Assembly (NCBI GenBank): GCA_028702495.1
Contig: JAQVOS010000002.1
Span: forward strand, 39 to 64,038
Length of the DNA: 64,000 nt
Direction: 5' to 3'
From: Bacilli bacterium
GTDB taxonomy: Bacteria; Bacillota_I; Bacilli_A; ML615J-28; CAG-698
In this document: in pieces, positions 29,145 through 38,952 of the stretch
Position numbering within the stretch: the stretch's first letter is position 1
Layout of the letters: every line of letters begins with the position of its first letter
The notes under the pieces: generated by a model
Databases searched by the model: none
Told to the model about the DNA's origin: nothing
The model's input: the letters and a program-made list of their open reading frames with translations, nothing else
Position numbers and translations under genes: made by a program

Positions 29145-30131
29145 TTAGTTACCTACCCTTCTAATCATACGACGAATCAGTTTATTGAGTCCTATGGATG
29201 CTAGGAAGAGGAGCGTTGCAATTGCCGATGCATAACCCATTTCATATCGAATTCCCCCGTAGTCAGATAAGTGGTTCACGATGGTGTGAGCCGCATAGGA
29301 TACAGAGGGGAACCCAGCAAGGGCAGTGGTGATTCCACCAATCCCAAGCGTTCCAGAAATTTGCATAACGGCACTGAATATCAATTGTGGTTTCATTGAT
29401 GGAAGAGTTATATACCATAATTCTTGCCAACGATTACGAATGCCATCAAGAGCTCCAGCTTCATATAATTCTTTATTCACTGATTTTAAACCAGCAACGA
29501 GGGATAAGAACCCTACGCCCAAACTCATCCACAATTGAACGACGATGACAATGGGGAGAATATAGGTCGTGTTGGTTAACCATGTTTGTGGTTCAGTGAT
29601 AAAGCCCCATTCCAAGAGAAAGGCATTGGCATACCCATAAATATCACTTGAAAAAATGAGGGTCCAAATGACAAGAGCATTGGCAGATAATGAAGGGGCA
29701 TAGAAAGCAAGTGTAACAATGGAACGAAGTTTTCCAGGGAGTTCATTAATCAACCAAGCAATCACGAAAGCAGCAACATACCCAATCGGGCCAGTGATGA
29801 CTGCTAATATCAATGTGTTTTTAATTGCAATGATGAAAATTTCATCATCAAGGAATAAGGTAAGATAATTGGTCCATCCAATGAATTTAGGGGCTTCTAA
29901 AATATTATAGGATGTGAAACTCAATGCTAAACTCATGAGGACAGGGATTACTGTGAATGTTACGAAGAGGATTAAATAGGGAAGCATCATGAGGTAAAGT
30001 GTACGGTTTAAGTACATTTTACGACGAACAGGTCCACCTTTTTTACTCCATGCTTCAGCTTTTTCACCCATACGACGCCACCATTGACGAAAAGAGGTCA
30101 AGGCATTTTTCTTTTCAATTGATTGTTGCAT
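29145..30131 (-). CDS. Carbohydrate ABC transporter permease (LplB-like)
   Basis: EAA loop YEAGALDGIRNRWQELWYITLP. Confidence 0.8.
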   Translation of the reverse strand: MQQSIEKKNALTSFRQWWRRMGEKAEAWSKKGGPVRRKMYLNRTLYLMMLPYLILFVTFTVIPVLMSLALSFTSYNILEAPKFIGWTNYLTLFLDDEIFIIAIKNTLILAVITGPIGYVAAFVIAWLINELPGKLRSIVTLAFYAPSLSANALVIWTLIFSSDIYGYANAFLLEWGFITEPQTWLTNTTYILPIVIVVQLWMSLGVGFLSLVAGLKSVNKELYEAGALDGIRNRWQELWYITLPSMKPQLIFSAVMQISGTLGIGGITTALAGFPSVSYAAHTIVNHLSDYGGIRYEMGYASAIATLLFLASIGLNKLIRRMIRRVGN

Positions 30132-30142
30132 CTTAATCCTCC

Positions 30143-33118
30143 TTATTCATCCGATCCAACAGGTAGACCGAATTCTTCACGTTTACGGGTAATTTCATTA
30201 TTGATGGTTTGAATGTATTGTTCAAAGGTGTTACGTGGATTGTAATTGTTATTCACAACTTCACGGAAGGCATTTTCAAGATTTCTTCCTGTATAGTATC
30301 CACCAGCAATTTCAGGAACACCAACGGTTACTTCCCATTGCGAAAGCAAGATTTGTTGTTCTTCAATTGTCCATGCAAGCCGTGTGAATGCTTCCACATT
30401 CGCGGTTGGATGACGAGCTGCTGATCCTAAAATTGCTTCTACTTCACGAGCATAACTGGTTTGTGTATCGGTAGATATCCACCATTTCATAAACTTCCAA
30501 GCCGCTTCTGGATTGTCGGTGTCATTCATCATGACTACGGATGTCCCGCTAGCAGCACCTGAATGGTCAATGGTGTTATCATCTTGACGAGTTCCAGGTA
30601 ATAGTGCAAAAGCCCAACGTCCTTTAATTTCAGGAGCAGATACGGCAAGCGTGTTATATAAGTCGTAGTTGGCAATACCAATTGGCATTTCACCACTTCG
30701 AAAGCGGTTAATGAAGGTTGCTCCAGTAATGGTCAGTGAGAAGCTATGATTTGTATAGAAGTCACACCACCACTCAAAGGCAGACATGGCTTCTTCACTA
30801 TCAAAATTCGATTCGATGTATTCTTCGCCTTGATTGTTTAAGGCATTTCGATAGAAGGACCCGCCTGTTTGATAGAGACGAGAAGCAAATACTTGGTTCA
30901 CGACACTACTTGCTCCCACAGTATTAAGGGGTAGATAGAATTTTAAGTTTTGAATTTGCAATTCAGAAATAAGATTGATCACATCGACCCAAGTTTCTGG
31001 AACATCCCAGTTTTGAGCTTCAAAAATGTCCGTGCGATAGAAAAGCATCAAGAAACTTTGCGTATTGGGAAGACCATAATAACCACCTTGGAATTCATAA
31101 GGGGTCATTGAACTTGGTGCAAACTGTGCGACAACCTCTTCAAAATCTTCAAATGTAGATAGATCATAGGTTGCACCTCGGAGCGCATAATTGACAGGGA
31201 GTCCATTGGCTGCATTGATGGCAATGTCTGGACCTTTCCCGGCAAGGGTTGCTGTCAAGAGAACATCCGGAGATACAATTTTTAAGGTAATGTTTAAATC
31301 TTCTCCAAAATCAGAATCGATGAGGGTACGAATCGCGTTGGCTTGTTCACGACCAGCCATTTCAGAAGTCAATAACCACACTTCGATATTCTCTGCATTT
31401 TCTTTAGCAACGGTGGTTCCGATAGACTCGTAATCAAAGGTAAAGGATTGAATAAATGCTTTTATATTAAACCAAGATCCAATAAAGAAATTGGGGTTGG
31501 CACGTGGTAAATCATAATCATCGCTATGAACAATTAGGTAATCAACCACTAAAGATTGACGTGATACGGTTAAAATCCAAGTACCTAGGGATGAAATATT
31601 GGTACTGAATGTTCCGAGATTTTGTTGAATCAAACGTGGTTTTTTAATGAATTTTCCAAGTTGCAACATAATGGTTTGAAGGGAAGCGGTTTCACTACTC
31701 TTTTCACCACTAATGGAGTTGATGGTATCAGCGACATCGGAAAGTTCTTCAAGAGCATTTTGAAAAGTAGTAATTAGATTTGGAATTTTTGTCGTTAATT
31801 GATAATCCTGATATTTATCTGGATTAATACCTGTTTTTGCGATAATCCTACGATACATATCATTCAAATTGTCAATGACATTTTGTACACGAGCGATTTG
31901 TGCTCCGTAATCTCCTAAAGTGGCTTCCAAAGTAATTTGATGAGTACCTTCGGTTAAATAGAAATAGAAAGGTTTATCTTCAGTTCCTAAAGTCACCATG
32001 CTGAAATCAGAAGTATAAATGAATTTCGCATTTTGAGCTTCAGCGAAAGGAACTTCACCATCAACATATACCGCCCGGGTTGAGAACAATCCACGAGAAG
32101 TGCTTTGTTTTGCCCGAAGAGTGATGTTGTATAATCCACTTTGAGGGACAGTAAATTCCCAAGTAATCCAATCTCCAGGAGTGATCCATTTTGAACCACC
32201 AATGGAGTTAAGAATAATCTTAACGGGATCCGCCGGAGAGTTATAAGCGCTGGAACGATCGGAAGTGGCATAAATGGTGGGTGAAGAACGATAAATGGCA
32301 TTCTCACCTTCGATGAAATCTGTTCCGCTATCACTTGAAGCAGCGATTTCACCAGTCACTTTGTCGTATCCTTTGGTTTCATATTCAGCTTCTACTTCAG
32401 CATAAGTCTTAAAGACTTGTTTGCTGATGATGTGAACAGCAAAAATGCTCATTGCTTCACGAAGTGATTTAAATGTGAGGGTATTAATACCACTGCTAAA
32501 ATAAACTAGATAAGGCTCACTCACATAACCTACTTCATCTTTTACATAACTTGAACGTTTCACTGGTATTTCAATTTGACGAGGACGAATTTGATTTCCT
32601 GTGATATCAGTAATGATTTCACCACCATCGCCCCATACACGTTTAAAAGCTACGTTTTCTAAATCTTGGTAAGGAATCGAACCATTCACATAAATGGTGC
32701 GTTCAATATTTGCTCCACCATCAATTTCAGGAATGTAGTCCACTTTAATGTTATAGAAGCCAGCTGTTGGTACATTAAAACTCCAAGTAGCTGATCCTGA
32801 AGAGGTGGTTTCAAGAGCAAGAGGGGTAGCAGGATAGCTCGCGCTATAATCCTTCACATTAAAATCACCTGTTGCATCTCCTGGCTGTAAAACAATGTCC
32901 ACATTGTTTGGAGTTAGGGCATCGGGATGTTCTTCTATGTAGTTGTTATAAGGTCCGCTAACAATAACGGGTTCAGAAATGGTCGAACGAGAATAGGCAT
33001 GGTCATATCCATAACTATCAACGATAATGAAAAGTAAGAGTGAGACCAACCCGACGAGTAATAACCAAAGGACAACTTTTTTAACTAGTTTCCCTGTAAT
33101 CATGAATTGCTTATTCAT
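30143..33118 (-). CDS. Membrane-anchored extracytoplasmic protein (991 aa). Two tandem ~170-aa carbohydrate-binding-module-like repeats are fused to a C-terminal ~480-aa family-1 sugar-binding protein domain (LplA/YtcQ-like)
   Basis: N-terminal TM VVLWLLLVGLVSLLLFIIV. Internal repeat (YNIKVDYIPEIDGGANIERTIYVNGSIPYQDLENVAFKRVW and YNITLRAKQSTSRGLFSTRAVYVDGEVPFAEAQNAKF). SBP hallmarks in the C-terminal half (ITLKIVSPD...GKGPDI...YYGLPNTQSFLMLFYRTDIFEAQNWDVPETW). Confidence 0.65.
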   Translation of the reverse strand: MNKQFMITGKLVKKVVLWLLLVGLVSLLLFIIVDSYGYDHAYSRSTISEPVIVSGPYNNYIEEHPDALTPNNVDIVLQPGDATGDFNVKDYSASYPATPLALETTSSGSATWSFNVPTAGFYNIKVDYIPEIDGGANIERTIYVNGSIPYQDLENVAFKRVWGDGGEIITDITGNQIRPRQIEIPVKRSSYVKDEVGYVSEPYLVYFSSGINTLTFKSLREAMSIFAVHIISKQVFKTYAEVEAEYETKGYDKVTGEIAASSDSGTDFIEGENAIYRSSPTIYATSDRSSAYNSPADPVKIILNSIGGSKWITPGDWITWEFTVPQSGLYNITLRAKQSTSRGLFSTRAVYVDGEVPFAEAQNAKFIYTSDFSMVTLGTEDKPFYFYLTEGTHQITLEATLGDYGAQIARVQNVIDNLNDMYRRIIAKTGINPDKYQDYQLTTKIPNLITTFQNALEELSDVADTINSISGEKSSETASLQTIMLQLGKFIKKPRLIQQNLGTFSTNISSLGTWILTVSRQSLVVDYLIVHSDDYDLPRANPNFFIGSWFNIKAFIQSFTFDYESIGTTVAKENAENIEVWLLTSEMAGREQANAIRTLIDSDFGEDLNITLKIVSPDVLLTATLAGKGPDIAINAANGLPVNYALRGATYDLSTFEDFEEVVAQFAPSSMTPYEFQGGYYGLPNTQSFLMLFYRTDIFEAQNWDVPETWVDVINLISELQIQNLKFYLPLNTVGASSVVNQVFASRLYQTGGSFYRNALNNQGEEYIESNFDSEEAMSAFEWWCDFYTNHSFSLTITGATFINRFRSGEMPIGIANYDLYNTLAVSAPEIKGRWAFALLPGTRQDDNTIDHSGAASGTSVVMMNDTDNPEAAWKFMKWWISTDTQTSYAREVEAILGSAARHPTANVEAFTRLAWTIEEQQILLSQWEVTVGVPEIAGGYYTGRNLENAFREVVNNNYNPRNTFEQYIQTINNEITRKREEFGLPVGSDE

Positions 33119-34943
33119 AGATTCCTCCTTGCAATATGGTTGTAAATTGGATAAGTGTTTTAATATACTGGATGCTCTTATTTAAGCCGCTTCTTTTATT
33201 GCGAGCCATCCAAAGAGTTTTGAGTCCTTCAATCAATGGTTGTTCCATGGCAATCACGTCCCCAAGCAGTGCTTTACGAGCGGCGAGCGTCAATTCTTGA
33301 TTCATTGATTGATTGATTTTTAGTAATGTTTCTACAAACGAAATTGAGTGTTTAATTTCTTCTTTCACAAGAGGTTCAACTGCAGCAAGTTCTAATTCTT
33401 TGCGTTTTTGTTGGAAGAACCCAGTTAGTATTGTATATTTTTTTGTTGATAAGATTTTATCTTGGGTCTTTAATTTAAAATAAGCAATAGGATCTTTTTC
33501 TTTCATAGCATAGGTTGCCCATAATAAAATATGGAAGGCGTGAGTACCGTTATCAACAAAATTGTTTTCTAGTTGATGATAAGTTCCTAAATTGAGCAAG
33601 CAGTCAGCAATGATATTTTCTTTGTCATGGAAAACATAACGATTGACAAAGTGCTTCAAATCACGATAGACACCAGGGGTGACGCGATAGCTCATGAGGC
33701 CTGCATATGCAAGGGGAACTAGACTAATTGGCAAGAATTGAAGATGTCCAAAGTCTCCCCAATCAGTGAGTAACAGTCCTTTTCCATGATAAGCTTTTAC
33801 ATAGATACAAGCATTGGAAATGGTTTCAAGAGCATCCCAAGTCCGTCCTAAGAAACTACACCAGCTGGCTGTTCCAGGAGCGGCCATGAAAGGAATGTTG
33901 GCATCACTTAAGACTTTCAGATGGCGATCGTAAGGATAAGTCGCATCATATCCCCAATCGACAAATATCATATCTTTGGGAAGTCGAGAGAGAGCATCAT
34001 CATGACGAATGAGAACATCCCCCCAAATAAGGGGTGTTTTTCCATATTTCTTGATTTCATCATAAGCTTTTAAAGTGTAATCAATGTATACATTGGCAAG
34101 ACCTTTGGTCTCAACTTCTGCTTTACTACGTCCACGACCCAATTCAAAGGGTTCATCAAAATTCATATTAAAATAGGGGGATTTTGAATAGGGCAACATG
34201 TCCTGATACATTTTTTGGATGAGTTCAAATGAACGTGGATCCAAAGGATTCAAGGTAGAAGGAGCACGATGTGTTCCCCACAAGAAAATTCCTTCAGGAG
34301 CTTCCGCTAAATCTTTTAACTCATCATGACTTAACCAGTCAGCCATGTGCCCAAATCCATTCTGATTCGGTACTAAATCAATAAAGCGATCCATGGCATA
34401 GGTTTCTAGTTCTTGATATTCTAAAACGCTAATGAATGATTCAGCTTCAAGATATTGAGGAAACGATTTGTACTCAAATGAAAAGCCTTCAACATATAGT
34501 TCAAAGTGATTCATTTTAAGAAGACTCATTAGATCTAATACTTGTTTAATAGTCGAAACTGTTGGAACTTTATTCCGACTAATATCCATCATATAACCAC
34601 GAATGGGAAGATCGGGTTCATCAAAAATGCTGACACACTCCATTAATGGCGATAACATTTGTTTTAGAGTTATAACGGCATAGAAAAAACCAACTGTTTT
34701 ACTTGCATAAACCAGAATGGCATTTTCTTGTACCTCGATCTCATAGGATTCGGGTCTTAAATCTAATTTGTTATAAAAGCGAAGGGAACTATCTTCTTCA
34801 CACCCTAAAGAAAAAGGGGCATCAGTGTTTAGTTCGCGAAAAACACGTTCATCGAATGATTCGAAATAAGCGATTTGCTTTTCCAACCGGAATTGACCAG
34901 CATGGGCAATGTTCTTTTTAGGGCGTGGAAAAATTTTATACAT
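33111..34943 (-). CDS. Cytoplasmic GH20-family beta-N-acetylhexosaminidase. The start is at the ATG at 34941-34943
   Basis: GH20 catalytic-domain features (IRGYMMDISRNKVP, HFELYVEGFSFEY, and the D-E pair in FDEPFE). No signal peptide. GGGAG RBS. 8-nt overlap with the downstream SBP-fusion gene. Confidence 0.65.
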   Translation of the reverse strand: MYKIFPRPKKNIAHAGQFRLEKQIAYFESFDERVFRELNTDAPFSLGCEEDSSLRFYNKLDLRPESYEIEVQENAILVYASKTVGFFYAVITLKQMLSPLMECVSIFDEPDLPIRGYMMDISRNKVPTVSTIKQVLDLMSLLKMNHFELYVEGFSFEYKSFPQYLEAESFISVLEYQELETYAMDRFIDLVPNQNGFGHMADWLSHDELKDLAEAPEGIFLWGTHRAPSTLNPLDPRSFELIQKMYQDMLPYSKSPYFNMNFDEPFELGRGRSKAEVETKGLANVYIDYTLKAYDEIKKYGKTPLIWGDVLIRHDDALSRLPKDMIFVDWGYDATYPYDRHLKVLSDANIPFMAAPGTASWCSFLGRTWDALETISNACIYVKAYHGKGLLLTDWGDFGHLQFLPISLVPLAYAGLMSYRVTPGVYRDLKHFVNRYVFHDKENIIADCLLNLGTYHQLENNFVDNGTHAFHILLWATYAMKEKDPIAYFKLKTQDKILSTKKYTILTGFFQQKRKELELAAVEPLVKEEIKHSISFVETLLKINQSMNQELTLAARKALLGDVIAMEQPLIEGLKTLWMARNKRSGLNKSIQYIKTLIQFTTILQGGIYE

Positions 34944-34980
34944 AGGAACTCCCATCAATAAATGAAATTCAGTATAGACA

Positions 34981-35009
34981 TACCTAATTAATTATACTCT
35001 AAAAATGCT
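34981..35009 (-). promoter_or_regulatory. Sigma-A promoter for the GH20 / SBP-fusion / permease operon (-35 TTGAAA, 17-nt spacer, -10 TATAAT)
   Basis: Minus-strand reading TTGAAAataaagcatttttagagTATAAT, about 35 nt upstream of the GH20 start. Confidence 0.6.
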
Positions 35010-35070
35010 TTATTTTCAAGGACATATTTTAGTAATTCCACGAAAGTTGCCCTCAAAATGTGAGTATTTT

Positions 35071-35111
35071 GGTAAAAAAAGACATGAACTGATATATTAT
35101 CAGTTCATGTC
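35071..35111 (-). terminator. Rho-independent terminator after queH
   Basis: Perfect 14-bp stem gacatgaactgata / tatcagttcatgtc, followed on the minus strand by a U7 run. Confidence 0.7.
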
Positions 35112-35704
35112 ACTCTTCGTTTCATATCTTCATAGGAAAAAACACATCCACAGTAGTGTTGACGATAGATTCCCATTTCACGGCACAACGCGATGGATTT
35201 CTTATAACCATCATTCTTTTTGAAATTAGAATATACAAAAGGAACCCCATATTCTTTTGCGAGTTCTTGCCCAATTTCATTCAGTTTGTCACTGTTTTTA
35301 TACGGGCTAATGGAAAGAGTAGTCGTAAAGTAATCAAATCCGCCTTGAATGGCAACCTTGGCTGTTTCTTCGAGTCGAATGCGATAGCAAGTAAAACAGC
35401 GATGGCTACCTTCCGGAAGTTCTTCCATTCCTAGAATATCTTCGTAAAATGAATCGGGTGTATATGGCCCTTCTATCAAAGGATATTTTCCTAGTTTAGC
35501 AAACTCTTCTTTACGTTTTAAATATTCTTCTTCGGGATAAATATTAGGATTATAATAAAAAATCGTTATGTCAAAAGCGTCGCATAAATACTCAAGGACA
35601 TACGTACTACACGGTGCACAACAAGCATGTAACAGAAGCCTTGGTTTTATCTCGTGAGGTTCATCAAGATATTCCGACAGGGCCTCAAATGAATCTAAAT
35701 CCAT
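35105..35704 (-). CDS. queH: Epoxyqueuosine reductase QueH (DUF208)
   Basis: Diagnostic LLLHACCAPCS motif and conserved Cys residues (CFTCY, HYCGC). Confidence 0.85.
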   Translation of the reverse strand: MDLDSFEALSEYLDEPHEIKPRLLLHACCAPCSTYVLEYLCDAFDITIFYYNPNIYPEEEYLKRKEEFAKLGKYPLIEGPYTPDSFYEDILGMEELPEGSHRCFTCYRIRLEETAKVAIQGGFDYFTTTLSISPYKNSDKLNEIGQELAKEYGVPFVYSNFKKNDGYKKSIALCREMGIYRQHYCGCVFSYEDMKRRVT

Positions 35705-35728
35705 ATTTTTCTCCTAAGCAGACACACA

Positions 35729-37033
35729 CTATTTGGGTGAAACATCGTGCGTCCACATCGTTTTTAATATTTTTCTTGCTTCCACTTGAGCAGGAATCGT
35801 CATTTTTACGAAGTCTCGATATGTGAAAAAGATGGTTCCAGAAATATGTGGGAATTTTGAATTATATTTCAATTGATTAGGAACTTCTTCAGGATTGCTC
35901 CAATTTCCTTGATCGCTATAGCGATAAAAACCTTGACCAATATAAAGTTTGGTATTGGTTTTTTCACACATATCGGTCCACCAGTCAACCAAATCAGCAT
36001 ATTTAACACGTTCGACTTCACTACCATCTTCTTTGGAAACGACATAGTTATCAAAGTTGAAGTAAACTTGAGGAACCACATAATCGCACCAACCATTCTT
36101 CATCCATAAAACGACATCAGCAAATAAGCCTTCATATCCTTGATAGCATGAATAATGATTATTTGATCCTCCAACCCATCCCCCTTGTTTTCCATTCTTT
36201 TCGAATTGTGTGGTATTGGTACGATAGATTCCAAAAGGACTAATACCAAATTCAACATGTTTTGGAAGGGCTTTTAATTGTTTGGCAATACGTTCCATGA
36301 GGTCAGTCACATTTTGACGTCTAAAATCAGCAAGCGATAATTCAGGGTAACGAGCTTGATGTTTTTCCTCTTCATGAGGGTCAATGATGGCTTCATAAGG
36401 ATAGAAGTAATCATCGATGTGAACCGCTTTAACATCATAATTGGCAGCAATTTCAGTGGCGGTATTGGCAACAAACTCTTGAACAAGGAGACTAGCAGGA
36501 TCTAAAATCAACATAGATTCAGCTGTTTCAATCACACATTCCGGATGACGACGAGCCCAATTTTTTGGACTCAAACTAGCAAGCATGGTTGCTTTATCTT
36601 TACCAAGATCACTCATTTTCGCTTTCGTCACACGATATGGATTAATCCAAGCATGAACCTCAATGGATTCCTTTTTGGCTTCTTCGATGAACCATCCTAA
36701 GACATCAAAACCAGGATAACGATCTTCTTCCCCTGTAATAAAGCGACTCCATGGATTTTCTTGTGATTGATAGAAAGCATCATTGGTGGGGCGAACTTGG
36801 AAAACAATGGTATTCATGTGATACTCTTTCACAGTTTGAATGACAGATCTTAAATAAGTTTGGAAGCTTTCAACATCCTTCATGACTTCAAAATCAATGT
36901 TCGCAACCGTTGAAAACCACACTCCACGTGTTTCTTCTTTTTTCTCAACAAATTCTTCTGGAATTTCAACGAGGACATCACTATCAAAATAGTTGACATA
37001 TCCTCCACGAATGAAACGATTAATCTTCTTCAT
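35729..37033 (-). CDS. DUF187 / glycoside-hydrolase-like family 10 (YngK-like) protein, cytoplasmic. The start is at the ATG at 37031-37033
   Basis: N-terminal RGVWFSTVANIDF motif typical of DUF187/GHL10. GGAGG RBS before the internal ATG. No signal peptide. Confidence 0.6.
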   Translation of the reverse strand: MKKINRFIRGGYVNYFDSDVLVEIPEEFVEKKEETRGVWFSTVANIDFEVMKDVESFQTYLRSVIQTVKEYHMNTIVFQVRPTNDAFYQSQENPWSRFITGEEDRYPGFDVLGWFIEEAKKESIEVHAWINPYRVTKAKMSDLGKDKATMLASLSPKNWARRHPECVIETAESMLILDPASLLVQEFVANTATEIAANYDVKAVHIDDYFYPYEAIIDPHEEEKHQARYPELSLADFRRQNVTDLMERIAKQLKALPKHVEFGISPFGIYRTNTTQFEKNGKQGGWVGGSNNHYSCYQGYEGLFADVVLWMKNGWCDYVVPQVYFNFDNYVVSKEDGSEVERVKYADLVDWWTDMCEKTNTKLYIGQGFYRYSDQGNWSNPEEVPNQLKYNSKFPHISGTIFFTYRDFVKMTIPAQVEARKILKTMWTHDVSPK

Positions 37034-37967
37034 ATAATTCCTCCAATACGGTAATGGTTTGGTTGTTAGCATCTAGAGACACTTCTAAACCAATCGGAAG
37101 ATTGATAAAGGGAAATTCGTGTCCTGAGGCAAAGTGGGATAAAACTGGTTTCCCTAACGGGGCTAAAAATTCGTAAAAGAGCAGATCGAGCGTCTTATTG
37201 CTCGCGGCATCGCTAGTACAATCTGTCATATGGCCAATGATGAATCCTTTGGCTTCTTGGAGGCGACCTGATAGTCTGAGTTGGGTGAGCATCCGATCAA
37301 TCCGATAAGGAGCTTCATTCACTTCTTCAATAAAGACGATGTGATTACGAAAAGGAATTTCATAAGGTGTTCCGACTAAATGAGCAATTAAACTCAAATT
37401 ACCTCCAACAAGGATACCTTTTGCTACCCCTTCTACCATGGTAGTGACCATTGTTGTGATCGTTGTGGTTGCTGGGGAAGAAAGAATGCGTCCCTTCATC
37501 GGCTGCGTTAGTGCGGTATGAAAATCTTGTAAAGAAAATTGATCTTGAAAGGGAGATCCTACAAAGATTCCAACTTGACCATGTAAGGTAGGAAGTGCGG
37601 CTTTGGTATAAAAATTATTGAGTAAGACTGTAATATCGCTGAATCCTAAAAATAACTTAGGATGATTTTTAATGATGGAATAATCTATTCGGTCGACAAA
37701 GCGGCTGGTTCCATATCCACCCTTTAAACATAGGATGGCATCAATGGAAGGATCTAAAAACATCGCTTCAAGATCGTGTCGCCTTTCATCATCGGTTCCT
37801 GCAAGATACCCATCTTCTTGATAACAAGAAGCGCCATATCGGAAATGAAATCCCCAAGAGGTTAGGATTTCCTCCATTTTAGGAAGACGAGTACTCTTCA
37901 TATCTGCTTTAGAAGCAGGACAGATGATACCGATGGTCGATCCTGGTTTTAATGATTTGACTTTCAT
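37020..37967 (-). CDS. ldcA: LD-carboxypeptidase (muramoyltetrapeptide carboxypeptidase, peptidase S66)
   Basis: S66 features: nucleophile-Ser motif LFLGFSDITVL, and the catalytic-triad His (GFIIGHMT) and Glu (IVFIEEVNE) regions. Confidence 0.8.
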   Translation of the reverse strand: MKVKSLKPGSTIGIICPASKADMKSTRLPKMEEILTSWGFHFRYGASCYQEDGYLAGTDDERRHDLEAMFLDPSIDAILCLKGGYGTSRFVDRIDYSIIKNHPKLFLGFSDITVLLNNFYTKAALPTLHGQVGIFVGSPFQDQFSLQDFHTALTQPMKGRILSSPATTTITTMVTTMVEGVAKGILVGGNLSLIAHLVGTPYEIPFRNHIVFIEEVNEAPYRIDRMLTQLRLSGRLQEAKGFIIGHMTDCTSDAASNKTLDLLFYEFLAPLGKPVLSHFASGHEFPFINLPIGLEVSLDANNQTITVLEELYEED

Positions 37968-37970
37968 AGA

Positions 37971-38942
37971 TTATGCCAATTCTTTACGCATAATGGCAAA
38001 AGATTGACGAACTTTAAATCCAGCATATAAATAGATGTTACGAGCAGGATTGTCTGAACCTGTGAAAAGACTCATAAAAGATGCTCCATTTTTTCGTGAT
38101 TCGTAACATAAGTGGCAGAACAATGACTTTCCAAGTCCCAATCCTTGCGTTTCGGGATGTACCCCAATGCCGGCAAAATACCCTCGACCACTATCTTGAG
38201 TAAACATTGGGCCAGTCCAACCGAGAATGGTTCCATCTTTCTCAGCAATCAACATCGGAGCTGGATTTTCTTTTGCAAGGTTACTCTTAACGGCATCATG
38301 CCATCCTGGATTTTTCAAAGCTTCAAATAATTCAGGGAAGCCATGATGCTTTGCTTCATTATAAATGGTAATGTAATAATTATTCTTTTCGTTTTCAATT
38401 TCCTTCGCAATGACTTTTGCTGGAATTTCATATTGACGAATATCAAGATAATAGCCATCAAGTTGACCATTGGTATTATAGCCATTGGCTAATAGGAGAA
38501 AGTAATATGGTGTGTTGTAAGCAACTGCAGGAGCACCTGGATGATCTGCTTTGTTTGTATCAGGAATATACCATTCAAGATTAATCGGAGAACCAAAATA
38601 CAACCGAACAAGGGTCTTTTTCTTGCTCTTCAGATAAGCTTCGAGCAGAGCAAGAATTTTCGTTCCATATCCTTGGCGTTGATAGGAGCGCTCAATGGCA
38701 ATACAGGTAATGAAGCCTGGAGCGGCTTCATTTTGATTAACAATGGCATGTCCAAAACCAATGAGTTCTTCGCCTTCATAGGCTAACATGAAGCCTTCGG
38801 GATCAAAGCAAGGATTGGTTACAAATTTACTATGAAATGATTCGCAAGTAAACGGTTTATAAATCGAGTAGGGAACGACCGATGTGTTCCACAGTTCAAC
38901 AATGGCAGGAATATTGTTTTCTTCGAATTTTTCTATAATCAT
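37971..38942 (-). CDS. Tandem-GNAT N-acetyltransferase (323 aa), paralog of the 17109..18026 gene
   Basis: GNAT motif A (RQGYGTKILALLE in domain 1, QGLGLGKSLF in domain 2). N-terminal region similar to the other tandem-GNAT. Confidence 0.65.
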   Translation of the reverse strand: MIIEKFEENNIPAIVELWNTSVVPYSIYKPFTCESFHSKFVTNPCFDPEGFMLAYEGEELIGFGHAIVNQNEAAPGFITCIAIERSYQRQGYGTKILALLEAYLKSKKKTLVRLYFGSPINLEWYIPDTNKADHPGAPAVAYNTPYYFLLLANGYNTNGQLDGYYLDIRQYEIPAKVIAKEIENEKNNYYITIYNEAKHHGFPELFEALKNPGWHDAVKSNLAKENPAPMLIAEKDGTILGWTGPMFTQDSGRGYFAGIGVHPETQGLGLGKSLFCHLCYESRKNGASFMSLFTGSDNPARNIYLYAGFKVRQSFAIMRKELA

Positions 38943-38952
38943 AAAGTTCCTC

